Shown in pieces: positions 9,243 to 17,973 of a DNA stretch of 64,000 nt. The DNA is from a virus. Position numbers and translations under genes: made by a program. Below the pieces are notes generated by a model, which saw only the letters and a program-made list of their open reading frames with translations, was not told the origin of the DNA and made no database searches. The first letter of the stretch is position 1. Each line of letters opens with the position of its first letter. The stretch is taken from the IMG/VR virus record IMGVR_UViG_3300023179_000039, positions 32,001 through 96,000 of that record; one strand, written 5' to 3'.

Positions 9243-9926
9243 ATTTGCGGTATATTTGGTTCTAAAGACTTTACAACATATGTAAAGCTTTATAAGAGTA
9301 ATAAGAAAAGAGGCACCTTTTCTTACGGGGGTCTATTAATTGGACATAAGATACATGCCTTGTTAAAAACTCCAGGAACTGCAGAATTACATAAAAAGCT
9401 AGTTATCGAATACGGGAGAAAGAAGAGAAGTATTACTGATTTTGAAACGTTTTTAGGTCATACACAAGCACCTACATCAAGCCAGAGACGATTTACACCT
9501 GCCACTTCTCACCCTTTTCAATATAAAAACTGGATCATTGCACATAATGGCGTTTTAACAAATGATAGAGAGCTTAAGAAACTTATAAAAGATAAAAAAT
9601 CTTTTAATGTAGTTGACTCATCTGTTATTGCACCTTTAATAGATTTTAAATTTAGGGATATAGGGGATGAGGTAGCAGGTATATGTAGCGCGCTTTCTAT
9701 GCTTAAAGGTACCTTCGGGTTATGGATTTATGAGCAAAAGAGCGGAAACATATACCTTGCAAGATCCGGTAGTACGATTTATGCAAATTTTATCACTAAT
9801 GACTTCTCATCTCTTAAAGAAGAAGGCTTTGTTTCATTAGATGAAGGAGTTCTCTATCTCTTAACAAAAGAAGGCATTACATCTGTAGGCGTCTTTAAGA
9901 CAAACTCACCTTTTTTCTCACCATGA
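9243..9926 (+). CDS. Class II (Ntn) glutamine amidotransferase, apparent ATT start
   Basis: Frame extends upstream of track start 9360 to ATT-TGC-GGT-ATA-TTT-GGT (xCGIFG, catalytic Cys), bounded by in-frame TAA at 9237. Also RG, GHT, HPF and AHNG motifs. Confidence 0.85.
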   Translation: MCGIFGSKDFTTYVKLYKSNKKRGTFSYGGLLIGHKIHALLKTPGTAELHKKLVIEYGRKKRSITDFETFLGHTQAPTSSQRRFTPATSHPFQYKNWIIAHNGVLTNDRELKKLIKDKKSFNVVDSSVIAPLIDFKFRDIGDEVAGICSALSMLKGTFGLWIYEQKSGNIYLARSGSTIYANFITNDFSSLKEEGFVSLDEGVLYLLTKEGITSVGVFKTNSPFFSP

Positions 9927-10597
9927 AGACGGCATTCTATACATGTACAAGGCGTTCAATAATTGATGAGACGTTTGCTTTCAAGTCACTAAGAAGACTT
10001 TGTGATAAAATAGAATTTTTTTACGATTGTAATAACAAAGAGGGCCTCAGCAAACGTTACAACGATATTCTAAAAGAACATGCAAACTCATTTGATAATA
10101 TAGTATTCTTGCACGACGATGTTTATGTCGATGATCTTTATGTTATTGAAAAGCTAGAAAAAGCGCACACCGTTTTTGATATTGTTGGTCTTGCTGGAGG
10201 AGTTAACCCAACCGTTAAGACACCTGCACTATGGCATTTAATGTGTGGGGGGTTCGGTAGCGGTAACTTGAGAGGCGCAGTCGCGCACCCGACAGGTAAC
10301 AAAGCAAATGATCAGATATTTGTAACTAGCTTTGGCCCTACACCTAGCCGAGTAGCTATTTTAGACGGTTTATTTTTAAGTGTTAATACAAAATGCTACT
10401 TAGATAAAAACTGGAAATTTAATGAAAACTATACATTTCATCATTATGATATAGCTAGCAGTCTAGATGCAAATAAAGCTCAGCTTAAGCTAGGGGTAGT
10501 GCCTATTTGGTGTGTACACAGTTCTCCTGGTCTTTTAAATATAGAAGACAAATTATTCTTAAATAGCCAACAAAAGTTTTTAGAAGAATATAGTTAG
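9923..10597 (+). CDS. Glycosyltransferase, GT-A (GT2-like)
   Basis: GLSKRYN, VFLHDDV (DxD-like), VGLAG, LDGLFL, FHHYD. ATGA-coupled to the amidotransferase. Confidence 0.8.
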   Translation: MKTAFYTCTRRSIIDETFAFKSLRRLCDKIEFFYDCNNKEGLSKRYNDILKEHANSFDNIVFLHDDVYVDDLYVIEKLEKAHTVFDIVGLAGGVNPTVKTPALWHLMCGGFGSGNLRGAVAHPTGNKANDQIFVTSFGPTPSRVAILDGLFLSVNTKCYLDKNWKFNENYTFHHYDIASSLDANKAQLKLGVVPIWCVHSSPGLLNIEDKLFLNSQQKFLEEYS

Positions 10598-10599
10598 CA

Positions 10600-10627
10600 T
10601 TGATTATTTGTTTTTATAATTTATTAT
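10600..10627 (+). promoter_or_regulatory. Sigma70-type promoter, leaderless geometry (gp41)
   Basis: TTGATT-N16-TATTAT-N6-ATG 10634. Confidence 0.7.
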
Positions 10628-10633
10628 AATGTA

Positions 10634-11962
10634 ATGGGCAAGTTAGATCTAGACTTTTTTGAAACAGTTATTGCTTTTAAGTCTTTAACTGATGAAACCT
10701 ACCTCGCATCCATAGTAGATCATATAAAACCTGTTTTTTTCAAAAATAAAGATATTAAATCGATTTTTACTATTATTCGCGATTTCTATGAAAGTAGAAA
10801 CGCGTGCCCCACTCTTACTGAAATTAAGTCTTATCTTACTACAGAAGAATTAAAAACGTCATTTAAAAATACCGTAAATCTGTTTAATAATCTTGATAAA
10901 AATTTTAATAACGACGAGCTTTCATTTAATACTGAAAAATTTATTAAAGAAAAGTCTGTATACCATACAATGATGGATGTAATTGAAGATATCGACAAGA
11001 ATAGCGTTGATACCTCTAAAATTTTAGCGAAGTTTGAAAAGGCTTGTAATATTTCTCTCACCACCGAGATTGGTTTAGATCTCTACACAGATATTGATAA
11101 AGTTATTACAGACTTACATTCGAATGAAAAATATTTGCCTTCAAAATGGAAATGGTTAGATGAAAAAATAGGAGGTGGGTTTTTAGAGGAAGGTAGAGCA
11201 TTATATTTGTTTGCCGGTGAAACTAATATTGGTAAGAGTATATTTCTAGGCAATGTTGCAATTAATGTGGCTGATCAAGGCAAGACCGTCCTGCTTGTTT
11301 CTTTGGAAATGCCTGAAATAATTTATGCAAAAAGGCTTGTTTCAAGCGTATCTAAGATACCGCTTAGTCAATTAAAGGTTGAATCTGATACTTTAAAAAA
11401 TCAAATAAGCGAATATTGTATAGAGAATCCTAATGCTAAAATTTTAATTAAAGAGTTTCCCCCTGCTACAATCACACCCAATCATTTAAAGGCATTTATT
11501 AAAAAGCTTTTTCAAAAAGGTATAAAAATCGATGCAATTGTATTAGATTATGTAAATCTATTACATTCAACTATGGGTGATTCGAGTTATGAAAGGGTAA
11601 AGATATGTACAGAACAACTCAGAGCTCTAAGCTATCAGTTTAATTGCCCTGTTATAACAGCTACTCAATTAAATCGTGAAGGATATGAGATAACCGATCC
11701 CGGTCTTAAGACAATTTCTGAAAGTATAGGATTAGCAATGACAGGCGATGTCATTATGAGTATTTGGCAAGAAGATACAGATAAAGAGTTAGGTGTTATA
11801 AAAATGGGGTTAATGAAGAACAGATTTGGGCCAAATTTCGGCCATTGCGCTATGAGAATAGACTATTCTACATTGACTATAACAGAGGACGAACATATAA
11901 ACGACACGGAGGCAAGTACATCATCTATTAATACGTTGACAAAATTAGCTATAGATAATTGA
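10634..11962 (+). CDS. gp41: DnaB-like replicative helicase
   Basis: Walker A GETNIGKS, SLEM, IKEFP, LDYVNL, TATQLNR, MKNRFG. Confidence 0.95.
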   Translation: MGKLDLDFFETVIAFKSLTDETYLASIVDHIKPVFFKNKDIKSIFTIIRDFYESRNACPTLTEIKSYLTTEELKTSFKNTVNLFNNLDKNFNNDELSFNTEKFIKEKSVYHTMMDVIEDIDKNSVDTSKILAKFEKACNISLTTEIGLDLYTDIDKVITDLHSNEKYLPSKWKWLDEKIGGGFLEEGRALYLFAGETNIGKSIFLGNVAINVADQGKTVLLVSLEMPEIIYAKRLVSSVSKIPLSQLKVESDTLKNQISEYCIENPNAKILIKEFPPATITPNHLKAFIKKLFQKGIKIDAIVLDYVNLLHSTMGDSSYERVKICTEQLRALSYQFNCPVITATQLNREGYEITDPGLKTISESIGLAMTGDVIMSIWQEDTDKELGVIKMGLMKNRFGPNFGHCAMRIDYSTLTITEDEHINDTEASTSSINTLTKLAIDN

Positions 11963-11987
11963 TTTATTAGTTTTGAGTAATAATTAG

Positions 11988-12284
11988 TTGTTGACTGTGA
12001 AAGGTTACGATCCTTCTGAACTGATAACTGATTATGAACAAACACATTTGTTTTTATCGTTTTGTTCGTTTGTAACATTAACAAATACTAAAAAACTTAA
12101 TCTAGCTAATGTTTTTATATGTTTACTTAAACATAAAGAGTTTAGAGACGTCTTTAAAGTATATTGTGATTTAAAAAATGATTTTAACGCCGTTAAATTT
12201 TTCTTGCAATTTGATTCAAGTTTGTATAAAAGTAAATACATTATGAAATTTTTAAACAGTAACAAAAAGTTTTTATTAGTATGA
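11988..12284 (+). CDS. Hypothetical protein
   Basis: Fills the gap, ATGA-coupled to the next gene; start uncertain. Confidence 0.6.
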   Translation: MLTVKGYDPSELITDYEQTHLFLSFCSFVTLTNTKKLNLANVFICLLKHKEFRDVFKVYCDLKNDFNAVKFFLQFDSSLYKSKYIMKFLNSNKKFLLV

Positions 12285-12493
12285 GTAAAGTAATTAACGT
12301 TTCCGTTTCTTTAGACAAAAAGAAATGCACAGATAAAGCTTATTTTGATAAAGCTTATAAAAAATTTGCAAGAGAAGTTTTAAGAGCAGGTATTTCTGAA
12401 GATCTACGTTTTAAGCGTTATTATCTTAAGCCGAGTGCGCTTAGAAAGCTTAAAAAGCAGTTCAGCAGACAAAAGTGGAAATTTTATAATTGA
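12281..12493 (+). CDS. rpsU: Ribosomal protein bS21 homologue
   Basis: 70-aa basic protein. FDKAYKKFAREVLRAGISEDLRFKRYYLKPSALRKLKK fits the bS21 pattern (A.++F.+...+.G...+.R.+.YY.KPS..R+.K). Confidence 0.75.
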   Translation: MSKVINVSVSLDKKKCTDKAYFDKAYKKFAREVLRAGISEDLRFKRYYLKPSALRKLKKQFSRQKWKFYN

Positions 12494-13131
12494 TAACTGA
12501 ATTTGAAAAACACATTTACAATTCTTTCTTAAAAGTTACTCGCTCAAATAGTAATTTACCGTACAAGCTTCGCAAAAATTTTGAAAATGTAGACGAAAAA
12601 ACATATTTATCGTTAAAAAAGCTATCATTGTTTTTTAAGAAATACCCCCATATAAAAGTAGAAGACTTTTTCAAAGCACCTTATTTGCTATATAAGGATG
12701 AAAAATATTTTCCATTAGAATACTTTTATACACTTAAGGCAATAAAATCCTTTACTCTTAATAATCAAAGGCAAAATAATTTAGATCCAGATAGTGACGA
12801 GCAGTTAAATAATATTAAACAGTCATTAGTCTATATTTTAAATTTTTGTAACAAGCATAACATTGATGTAGAAAATTATATTTTTCACAAAACTAATAAT
12901 GAATATTCTTTTTTATTACACCTCAAAGAACATAATGTTAATATGTATACTCTTTTAGGCTATAATAATTTTGAAAAGGTGCTGCGCTCCTGTAATGCCG
13001 AAATAACAAAATTTATTATTGGTGAAGAGCTCTACAACAACGTACAGACATTTAGAACAAAACTCTTTAATTCAAAAAAAGCTGCAAAATTAGTTTCACT
13101 TGGCCTTAAAAAAATTATAGAAAAGTCTTGA
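12490..13131 (+). CDS. Hypothetical protein, possible gp59-like helicase loader
   Basis: 213-aa basic, aromatic-rich protein immediately before gp32, the position of gene 59 in T4. Function is positional inference only. Confidence 0.5.
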   Translation: MITEFEKHIYNSFLKVTRSNSNLPYKLRKNFENVDEKTYLSLKKLSLFFKKYPHIKVEDFFKAPYLLYKDEKYFPLEYFYTLKAIKSFTLNNQRQNNLDPDSDEQLNNIKQSLVYILNFCNKHNIDVENYIFHKTNNEYSFLLHLKEHNVNMYTLLGYNNFEKVLRSCNAEITKFIIGEELYNNVQTFRTKLFNSKKAAKLVSLGLKKIIEKS

Positions 13132-13155
13132 TTTACATTTTAAATCATATATCAT
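13128..13155 (+). promoter_or_regulatory. Sigma70-type promoter, leaderless geometry (gp32)
   Basis: TTGATT-N16-TATCAT-N6-ATG 13162. Confidence 0.7.
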
Positions 13156-13161
13156 AATAAC

Positions 13162-14022
13162 ATGAGTACATTTACCACATCGATGTTTGAAAGTATTAAA
13201 GGCGCGCTGACAAAGAGTAACGAATCAACTGCTTCGAAGATAAAAGATTATCTAAGATGTGAGGTTGGCAATACATATACAGTACGACTTCTCCCTAATG
13301 TTAAGGACCCATCAAAGACATTCTTCCATTATTATTCCTACGGATGGAACAGTTTTTCAACAGGAGAGCTAATTACTGCTGTTAGCCCTACAACCTGGAA
13401 TCAGCGTGACCCTATTGCAGAGGAACGCTATAGGATTCTTCGTACGGGCACTGAAAAGGAAAAGGAAAAGGCCCTGGCTATTAAGCGTCGCGAAAACTGG
13501 CTTGTTAGTGTTTATGTAGTTAATGATCCGGTTAATTCTGATAACAACGGTAAGGTCAAGCTGTTAAGGTTTGGTCGCCAGTTGCATAAGATTATTATGG
13601 GCGCTATTGAGGGTGAGGAAGCAGAAGAGCTCGGTCCTCGCATATTCGATCTTTCACCTAAAGGCTGCAACCTTAAGATTAAAGTAGAAAAGCAAGGTGA
13701 ATATCCTACTTATGTTTCATCTAAGTTTACTACACCCAAGGAAATTGAAGGCCTAGATGATGATTCTTTTAAGAAAGTATATAGCAGCGCCTTTGATCTC
13801 GAATCGTATGTTAGTGTAAAGAGTTATGATGAACTTAAGGACATCCTCGATTCACATTACCATGGCACTAAGGACGTTGAAGATGTAATTGAAGAGCCTG
13901 TAGCTAAAAAGACATCAGCTCCAACCCCTTCCGTTAATGTTACAGTCAAGCCTTCGAAAACAGAAGCAAAAGCTGTTACAGAAGACGACGAGAGCATTAG
14001 CGAACTTCTTAAGGACCTTTAA
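13162..14022 (+). CDS. gp32: Single-stranded DNA-binding protein
   Basis: VRLLP, VYVVNDP...NNGKVKLLRFG, IFDL..KGCNLKIK, Y.SSKF, acidic tail. Confidence 0.9.
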   Translation: MSTFTTSMFESIKGALTKSNESTASKIKDYLRCEVGNTYTVRLLPNVKDPSKTFFHYYSYGWNSFSTGELITAVSPTTWNQRDPIAEERYRILRTGTEKEKEKALAIKRRENWLVSVYVVNDPVNSDNNGKVKLLRFGRQLHKIIMGAIEGEEAEELGPRIFDLSPKGCNLKIKVEKQGEYPTYVSSKFTTPKEIEGLDDDSFKKVYSSAFDLESYVSVKSYDELKDILDSHYHGTKDVEDVIEEPVAKKTSAPTPSVNVTVKPSKTEAKAVTEDDESISELLKDL

Positions 14023-14025
14023 TTA

Positions 14026-14445
14026 ATGGAAATGCAGGAACTTTCTCCTGAAGAGCTCAAATTAACAGCTCTTCAATTTATGGGTCAACATCTCACTGGT
14101 GATCTTAAGGAGTTAAATAAAAATATTGTAAGTCAAAATAGAACATTACAGGGCATGACTATAGACCCTGTGAGAATTATTAACACTATTCCTGCAGGGC
14201 ATAATAATCAGCATATAAACCCATATGCTAATGTTGTTAACGCTGGTATTAATGTAGCCCAGCAAAGACCAATCAACGTTCAAGCCTCCGCTGTACATCA
14301 AATTCAAACTGAACAACCAGCAGTTATTAATGACCCGAATCAGCTTGAATTTGAATTTAATAACTCAACAATTGCAAAACAAATATTTGAAAAATTAGAT
14401 ATTATTCTCAAAAAAATTGATAGTTTAGAAAACAAGCTTAAATAA
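14026..14445 (+). CDS. Hypothetical protein
   Basis: 139 aa, N/Q-rich with DPNQLEFEF and a C-terminal coiled coil. Confidence 0.7.
   Translation: MEMQELSPEELKLTALQFMGQHLTGDLKELNKNIVSQNRTLQGMTIDPVRIINTIPAGHNNQHINPYANVVNAGINVAQQRPINVQASAVHQIQTEQPAVINDPNQLEFEFNNSTIAKQIFEKLDIILKKIDSLENKLK
14439..14444 (+). promoter_or_regulatory. Late-type promoter TAAATA
   Basis: 5 nt before ATG 14450. Confidence 0.55.
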
Positions 14446-14449
14446 GTTT

Positions 14450-15130
14450 ATGCCTGATTTTGAGAACTTAGTGATTCATACTCATTTAGGTTTAGGTGAT
14501 CACTTTATTTGTTGCGGATTAGTTAGAAAGCTAGCTTTAAAAGGCGACTATAAAAAGTATTACGTTGCTGTTAAAAAAAATAATTTTTCTTCTGTAAAAC
14601 CGCTCTACAGTGATTTAGAAAATATTGATTTTATAGTTGTTACACAGGACAATGAGGTAGGAGGTAGCTTACCTCCTAATAGCGAATATTTGAGAGTAGG
14701 CTTTTTTCAGCGCCCTTGGCTTAGATTTGATATAGGTTTTTATGATCAAGTTGGGTTTGATATTAAAGACAAATATGAATATTTTAAAATTAATAGAAAC
14801 ATAGAAAAAGAAAAAGAAGTAATTGATAAAGTTTGCCCACAAGGAGATTTTATTTTTGTAAATAATACATCTTCTTCTGGTACTTTTGATTTTAAAATAG
14901 ACAATAATTTACCAGTGGTATTACCAGATCCCAGCTTAGAATTTGCTGCTGTTGACTATTTAGGGGTTATTGAAAAGGCTAAGGAAGTTCATCTTCTGCA
15001 TAGTAGTTTTCTATGTCTTACCGACTTAGCGCTAAATCGCGGCGAGCTGTTTTTTCATAGAGTTAAAAAGAGTAGTGATGATGAACTTAATCCCGATCTA
15101 AGACTTAATTGGACTAAAATTGATTATTGA
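14450..15130 (+). CDS. Putative glycosyltransferase (GT-B-like, HxGLGD type)
   Basis: HTHLGLGDHFICCGLVR and IEKAKEVHLLHSSF resemble GT9-like/fucosyltransferase-like viral proteins. Confidence 0.55.
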   Translation: MPDFENLVIHTHLGLGDHFICCGLVRKLALKGDYKKYYVAVKKNNFSSVKPLYSDLENIDFIVVTQDNEVGGSLPPNSEYLRVGFFQRPWLRFDIGFYDQVGFDIKDKYEYFKINRNIEKEKEVIDKVCPQGDFIFVNNTSSSGTFDFKIDNNLPVVLPDPSLEFAAVDYLGVIEKAKEVHLLHSSFLCLTDLALNRGELFFHRVKKSSDDELNPDLRLNWTKIDY

Positions 15131-15154
15131 TATCTTGCATATATAAGCTATTAT
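15127..15154 (+). promoter_or_regulatory. Sigma70-type promoter, leaderless geometry (gp45)
   Basis: TTGATA-N16-TATTAT-N6-GTG 15161. Confidence 0.7.
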
Positions 15155-15160
15155 AAACAT

Positions 15161-15892
15161 GTGAATTTAAATGTAAAAGATAAAGATAATTTTTTATTAA
15201 ATTTTGTTACACCGTTAAGCAAAGTTGCTGATAGCGCAGTTTTAAAAGTTAAGAATGGTAAAATAACATCATTAATATCGACAAGCGATAATACTATTAT
15301 TGTATATTCTGAATATAATGACGATGCAATTAAAGCAGATTCTACTCTTAATATTCCTGACCTAAAGAAGTTAAGTAGAGTTATTTCATGTGTTGAAGAG
15401 CCAAAATTAGATTTCGATATATCATCAAACTATATCGGATATAATTCGAATAATGTAAGATTTAAATACCATCTTTACGATGACGGTATTATACCTTCAC
15501 CTAAACTTAGTATCGATAAACTTAATGCTTTAGAATTTGATGGTAAATTCACCCTCCCTTTTAGTTCCGTTATTAATCTTATTAAAGGCAGCTCTATTAG
15601 TACCGAAACAAATAAAGTTTATATCAGTGTAAAGAATAATTCTGTATTTGGTGAGCTAACTGATAAAACTAGAGCTAACATAGATTCATATGGAATTAAT
15701 ATTTCTACAGATTATGAAGGCACACAGTTTGCCATTGCTATACCGTTGAATTTTGAGATATTTAGAATAATTTCTTCTATGAAGTTCAAAGAGCTACAAG
15801 CCCACCTTATTACAAAAATGGGCGTAATGACGCTTGATTTAAATCTTGATAATGCAAAATTTAAATTTGTTATTTCTGCACTAGCTAACTAA
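15161..15892 (+). CDS. gp45: DNA polymerase sliding clamp
   Basis: 243 aa; LNIPDLKKL and FKYHLYDDGII resemble gp45 I.DL..F and I.Y..AD; two-domain beta/alpha pattern. Confidence 0.7.
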   Translation: MNLNVKDKDNFLLNFVTPLSKVADSAVLKVKNGKITSLISTSDNTIIVYSEYNDDAIKADSTLNIPDLKKLSRVISCVEEPKLDFDISSNYIGYNSNNVRFKYHLYDDGIIPSPKLSIDKLNALEFDGKFTLPFSSVINLIKGSSISTETNKVYISVKNNSVFGELTDKTRANIDSYGINISTDYEGTQFAIAIPLNFEIFRIISSMKFKELQAHLITKMGVMTLDLNLDNAKFKFVISALAN

Positions 15893-15893
15893 T

Positions 15894-16268
15894 ATGAGTA
15901 AAAATAAAATTAAAACACCTAGTTACTTTATTAAGCGTTTGCGAGATAACGGGTTTGTTGTTATTAAGCTTTTTAATGTCTATAGCAAATGTGACCCGCG
16001 TAGATGGACAGTAATGGTTAACCCTAGTTTTGAATCTGTTCTTATTACATGCTATACAAACAAGGATAATATTGATGAGGTGTTGTTTGAATTTAATGAT
16101 GGCGATAGAAAAATTCAGCGTAATTTCTCAATTAAGACAGATTCTATTGAAGTAATAATAACTTTCTTAATTAGACATGGTATTTCTAATAATGTTGATT
16201 ACCAAGGACGTAGCAGATACTTGTCAAGGAGACTAAATAATTATGATGAAAAACAAAAAGTTGCCTAA
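15894..16268 (+). CDS. Hypothetical protein
   Basis: 124 aa, TAA-T-ATG coupled. Confidence 0.7.
   Translation: MSKNKIKTPSYFIKRLRDNGFVVIKLFNVYSKCDPRRWTVMVNPSFESVLITCYTNKDNIDEVLFEFNDGDRKIQRNFSIKTDSIEVIITFLIRHGISNNVDYQGRSRYLSRRLNNYDEKQKVA
16234..16239 (+). promoter_or_regulatory. Late-type promoter TAAATA
   Basis: 6 nt before ATG 16246. Confidence 0.45.
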
Positions 16269-16569
16269 AGACAATAGTTCTGATAAAAACTTTAATCCTA
16301 ATGAGAATAAAGAAATTAAAGAACTTACTCACAAGGCTTTGCTGTCATTTTTAAAAGAACAGATTTCCGAAAGAAACTCAAATAAAAAAGACCTCGACGC
16401 GTTACACGCTCAAATACTAGAATTTCTTAATTGCTTTATTTTAATTGGCTACAATTTTCAAGGCGAGCCAATTTCAATGATATCTGCGCACAATCAGCAA
16501 GAGGCCGACTCTTTAGCCGCTTTAATTAATAAATTTATTTTGAACTCTTCTAAAGATCAAAACGATTGA
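16246..16569 (+). CDS. Hypothetical protein
   Basis: About 107 aa; start 16243 or 16246. Confidence 0.7.
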   Translation: MKNKKLPKDNSSDKNFNPNENKEIKELTHKALLSFLKEQISERNSNKKDLDALHAQILEFLNCFILIGYNFQGEPISMISAHNQQEADSLAALINKFILNSSKDQND

Positions 16570-16593
16570 TATAGCTATTTTTTCTATTAAAAT
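16566..16593 (+). promoter_or_regulatory. Sigma70-type promoter, leaderless geometry
   Basis: TTGATA-N16-TAAAAT-N6-GTG 16600. Confidence 0.7.
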
Positions 16594-16599
16594 AATCGA

Positions 16600-17433
16600 G
16601 TGAAAGTATTAGTCCTAGGAAAGGGATTTATTGGATCTAAGCTTATTGATTTTTTAAGATTAAAAGATGTTGATACTTTTGGTATTGCGCAGAACGAAAT
16701 TAATTATACTAGCTCTAGAGCGCTTGCTAATCTTTTAAGAGATTACAACTTTACTCACGTTATTAATTGCTGCGGGTATACAGGTGTACCGAATGTAGAC
16801 GGATGTGAGAGTAATAAAGAAGACTGTTGGAAATATAATGTAGTTATTGCTTCAAAAATTGATAGCCTTGTAAAATACTATAATAAAAAAATGATTCACA
16901 TTTCAAGCGGTTGCATATACACCGGATATGAAAAAGAATTTGAGGAAACAGATGTACCTAATTTTGGATTGTTTAATCCGCAGTCGAGTTTTTATAGTAA
17001 AACAAAACACGCATTCGAGACAATTATTGACACACATTGCTCTGCAATATTTAGAATAAGAATGCCTTTTACCGGGTTACGTGAAAATAAAAATTATCTT
17101 TACAAGCTTTTAAAATATGATAATTTAATTTCTATGCCTAATAGCTTAACAGGCGTTAATGATCTTAATGAACTTGTTTATAAATTTATTTTAGATTTTA
17201 GACCAGGACTATATAATGTAGTTAACCCTCAACCTTTGACAGCTAAAGAAATTGTCGATATTATGAAAAAATATAATATTAATAATGTAAATTGGAAGTT
17301 TATTGATATATCTAATCTTAATACTGTAGCAAATAGGTCTAATTGCGTGTTAAGTGCTAATAAACTAAAGAGCTTAGGTCTATCATTACCAGATACATTA
17401 GTTTCATTAGAAAACTGTATAAAGTCCTTATGA
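16600..17433 (+). CDS. NDP-4-keto-6-deoxyglucose 3,5-epimerase/4-reductase (RmlD/NRS-ER-like SDR)
   Basis: GKGFIG Rossmann motif, GYTGVPNVDGCE, SSGCIY, catalytic YSKTK, RIRMP, RSNCVL. Confidence 0.85.
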   Translation: MKVLVLGKGFIGSKLIDFLRLKDVDTFGIAQNEINYTSSRALANLLRDYNFTHVINCCGYTGVPNVDGCESNKEDCWKYNVVIASKIDSLVKYYNKKMIHISSGCIYTGYEKEFEETDVPNFGLFNPQSSFYSKTKHAFETIIDTHCSAIFRIRMPFTGLRENKNYLYKLLKYDNLISMPNSLTGVNDLNELVYKFILDFRPGLYNVVNPQPLTAKEIVDIMKKYNINNVNWKFIDISNLNTVANRSNCVLSANKLKSLGLSLPDTLVSLENCIKSL

Positions 17434-17720
17434 TATTTGGCTTTAATAAACACCCCAAGCGTAAAGTTGTCTATGCTATAACCGGCGGCAAATATCTAGG
17501 AGAACTATTTGTTTTTATGGAAGAAAAAGATAATAATTTTATTTTTCTATCTTTACCCGAAATGATTGTTAGAGAAGTTCCTAAAGAAAAATTTATGTTT
17601 GGGTTAACCGAAAAAATTATTGATGTCGTCCAAAAGATACCTAGCTATGTTTACAATGTATGTAAAGCACAGTATAATAAGAATAAAACACGTGAAACAG
17701 CATTAGCTGTTAATAAATAG
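17430..17720 (+). CDS. Hypothetical protein
   Basis: 96 aa, ATGA-coupled. Confidence 0.7.
   Translation: MIFGFNKHPKRKVVYAITGGKYLGELFVFMEEKDNNFIFLSLPEMIVREVPKEKFMFGLTEKIIDVVQKIPSYVYNVCKAQYNKNKTRETALAVNK
17714..17719 (+). promoter_or_regulatory. Late-type promoter TAAATA
   Basis: 5 nt before ATG 17725. Confidence 0.6.
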
Positions 17721-17724
17721 TTTT

Positions 17725-17931
17725 ATGGACTTTATCGTACCTAAGAAAATTGTTTCACCTATAAGCGGCGAAACAGTCGTTCCTCGTTTACATACATATG
17801 TGAGAGAGGGTAAGCAAATCGTAGAAGCAGAATATATTGACCCTGCAAGCGGAGTCTTTATTAGAAAAGGCATTGTTTCAGTAACAGATTTGCCTAAACA
17901 AAATAAAAATACAGACAAAAAAGCTGAATAA
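17725..17931 (+). CDS. Hypothetical late protein
   Basis: 68 aa with late promoter geometry. Confidence 0.7.
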   Translation: MDFIVPKKIVSPISGETVVPRLHTYVREGKQIVEAEYIDPASGVFIRKGIVSVTDLPKQNKNTDKKAE

Positions 17932-17939
17932 CTTTTGTC

Positions 17940-17967
17940 TTGTATTTGTTTGTTAAACTATTATACT
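17940..17967 (+). promoter_or_regulatory. Sigma70-type promoter, leaderless geometry (primase)
   Basis: TTGTAT-N16-TATACT-N6-GTG 17974. Confidence 0.7.
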
Positions 17968-17973
17968 TAACTT

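Noticed and set aside
9360-9362. Track start codons at 9360, 1448, 40272 and 57521
   Set aside because: Catalytic N-terminal Cys, promoter geometry or ATGA coupling favour 9243, 1487, 40254 and 57542.
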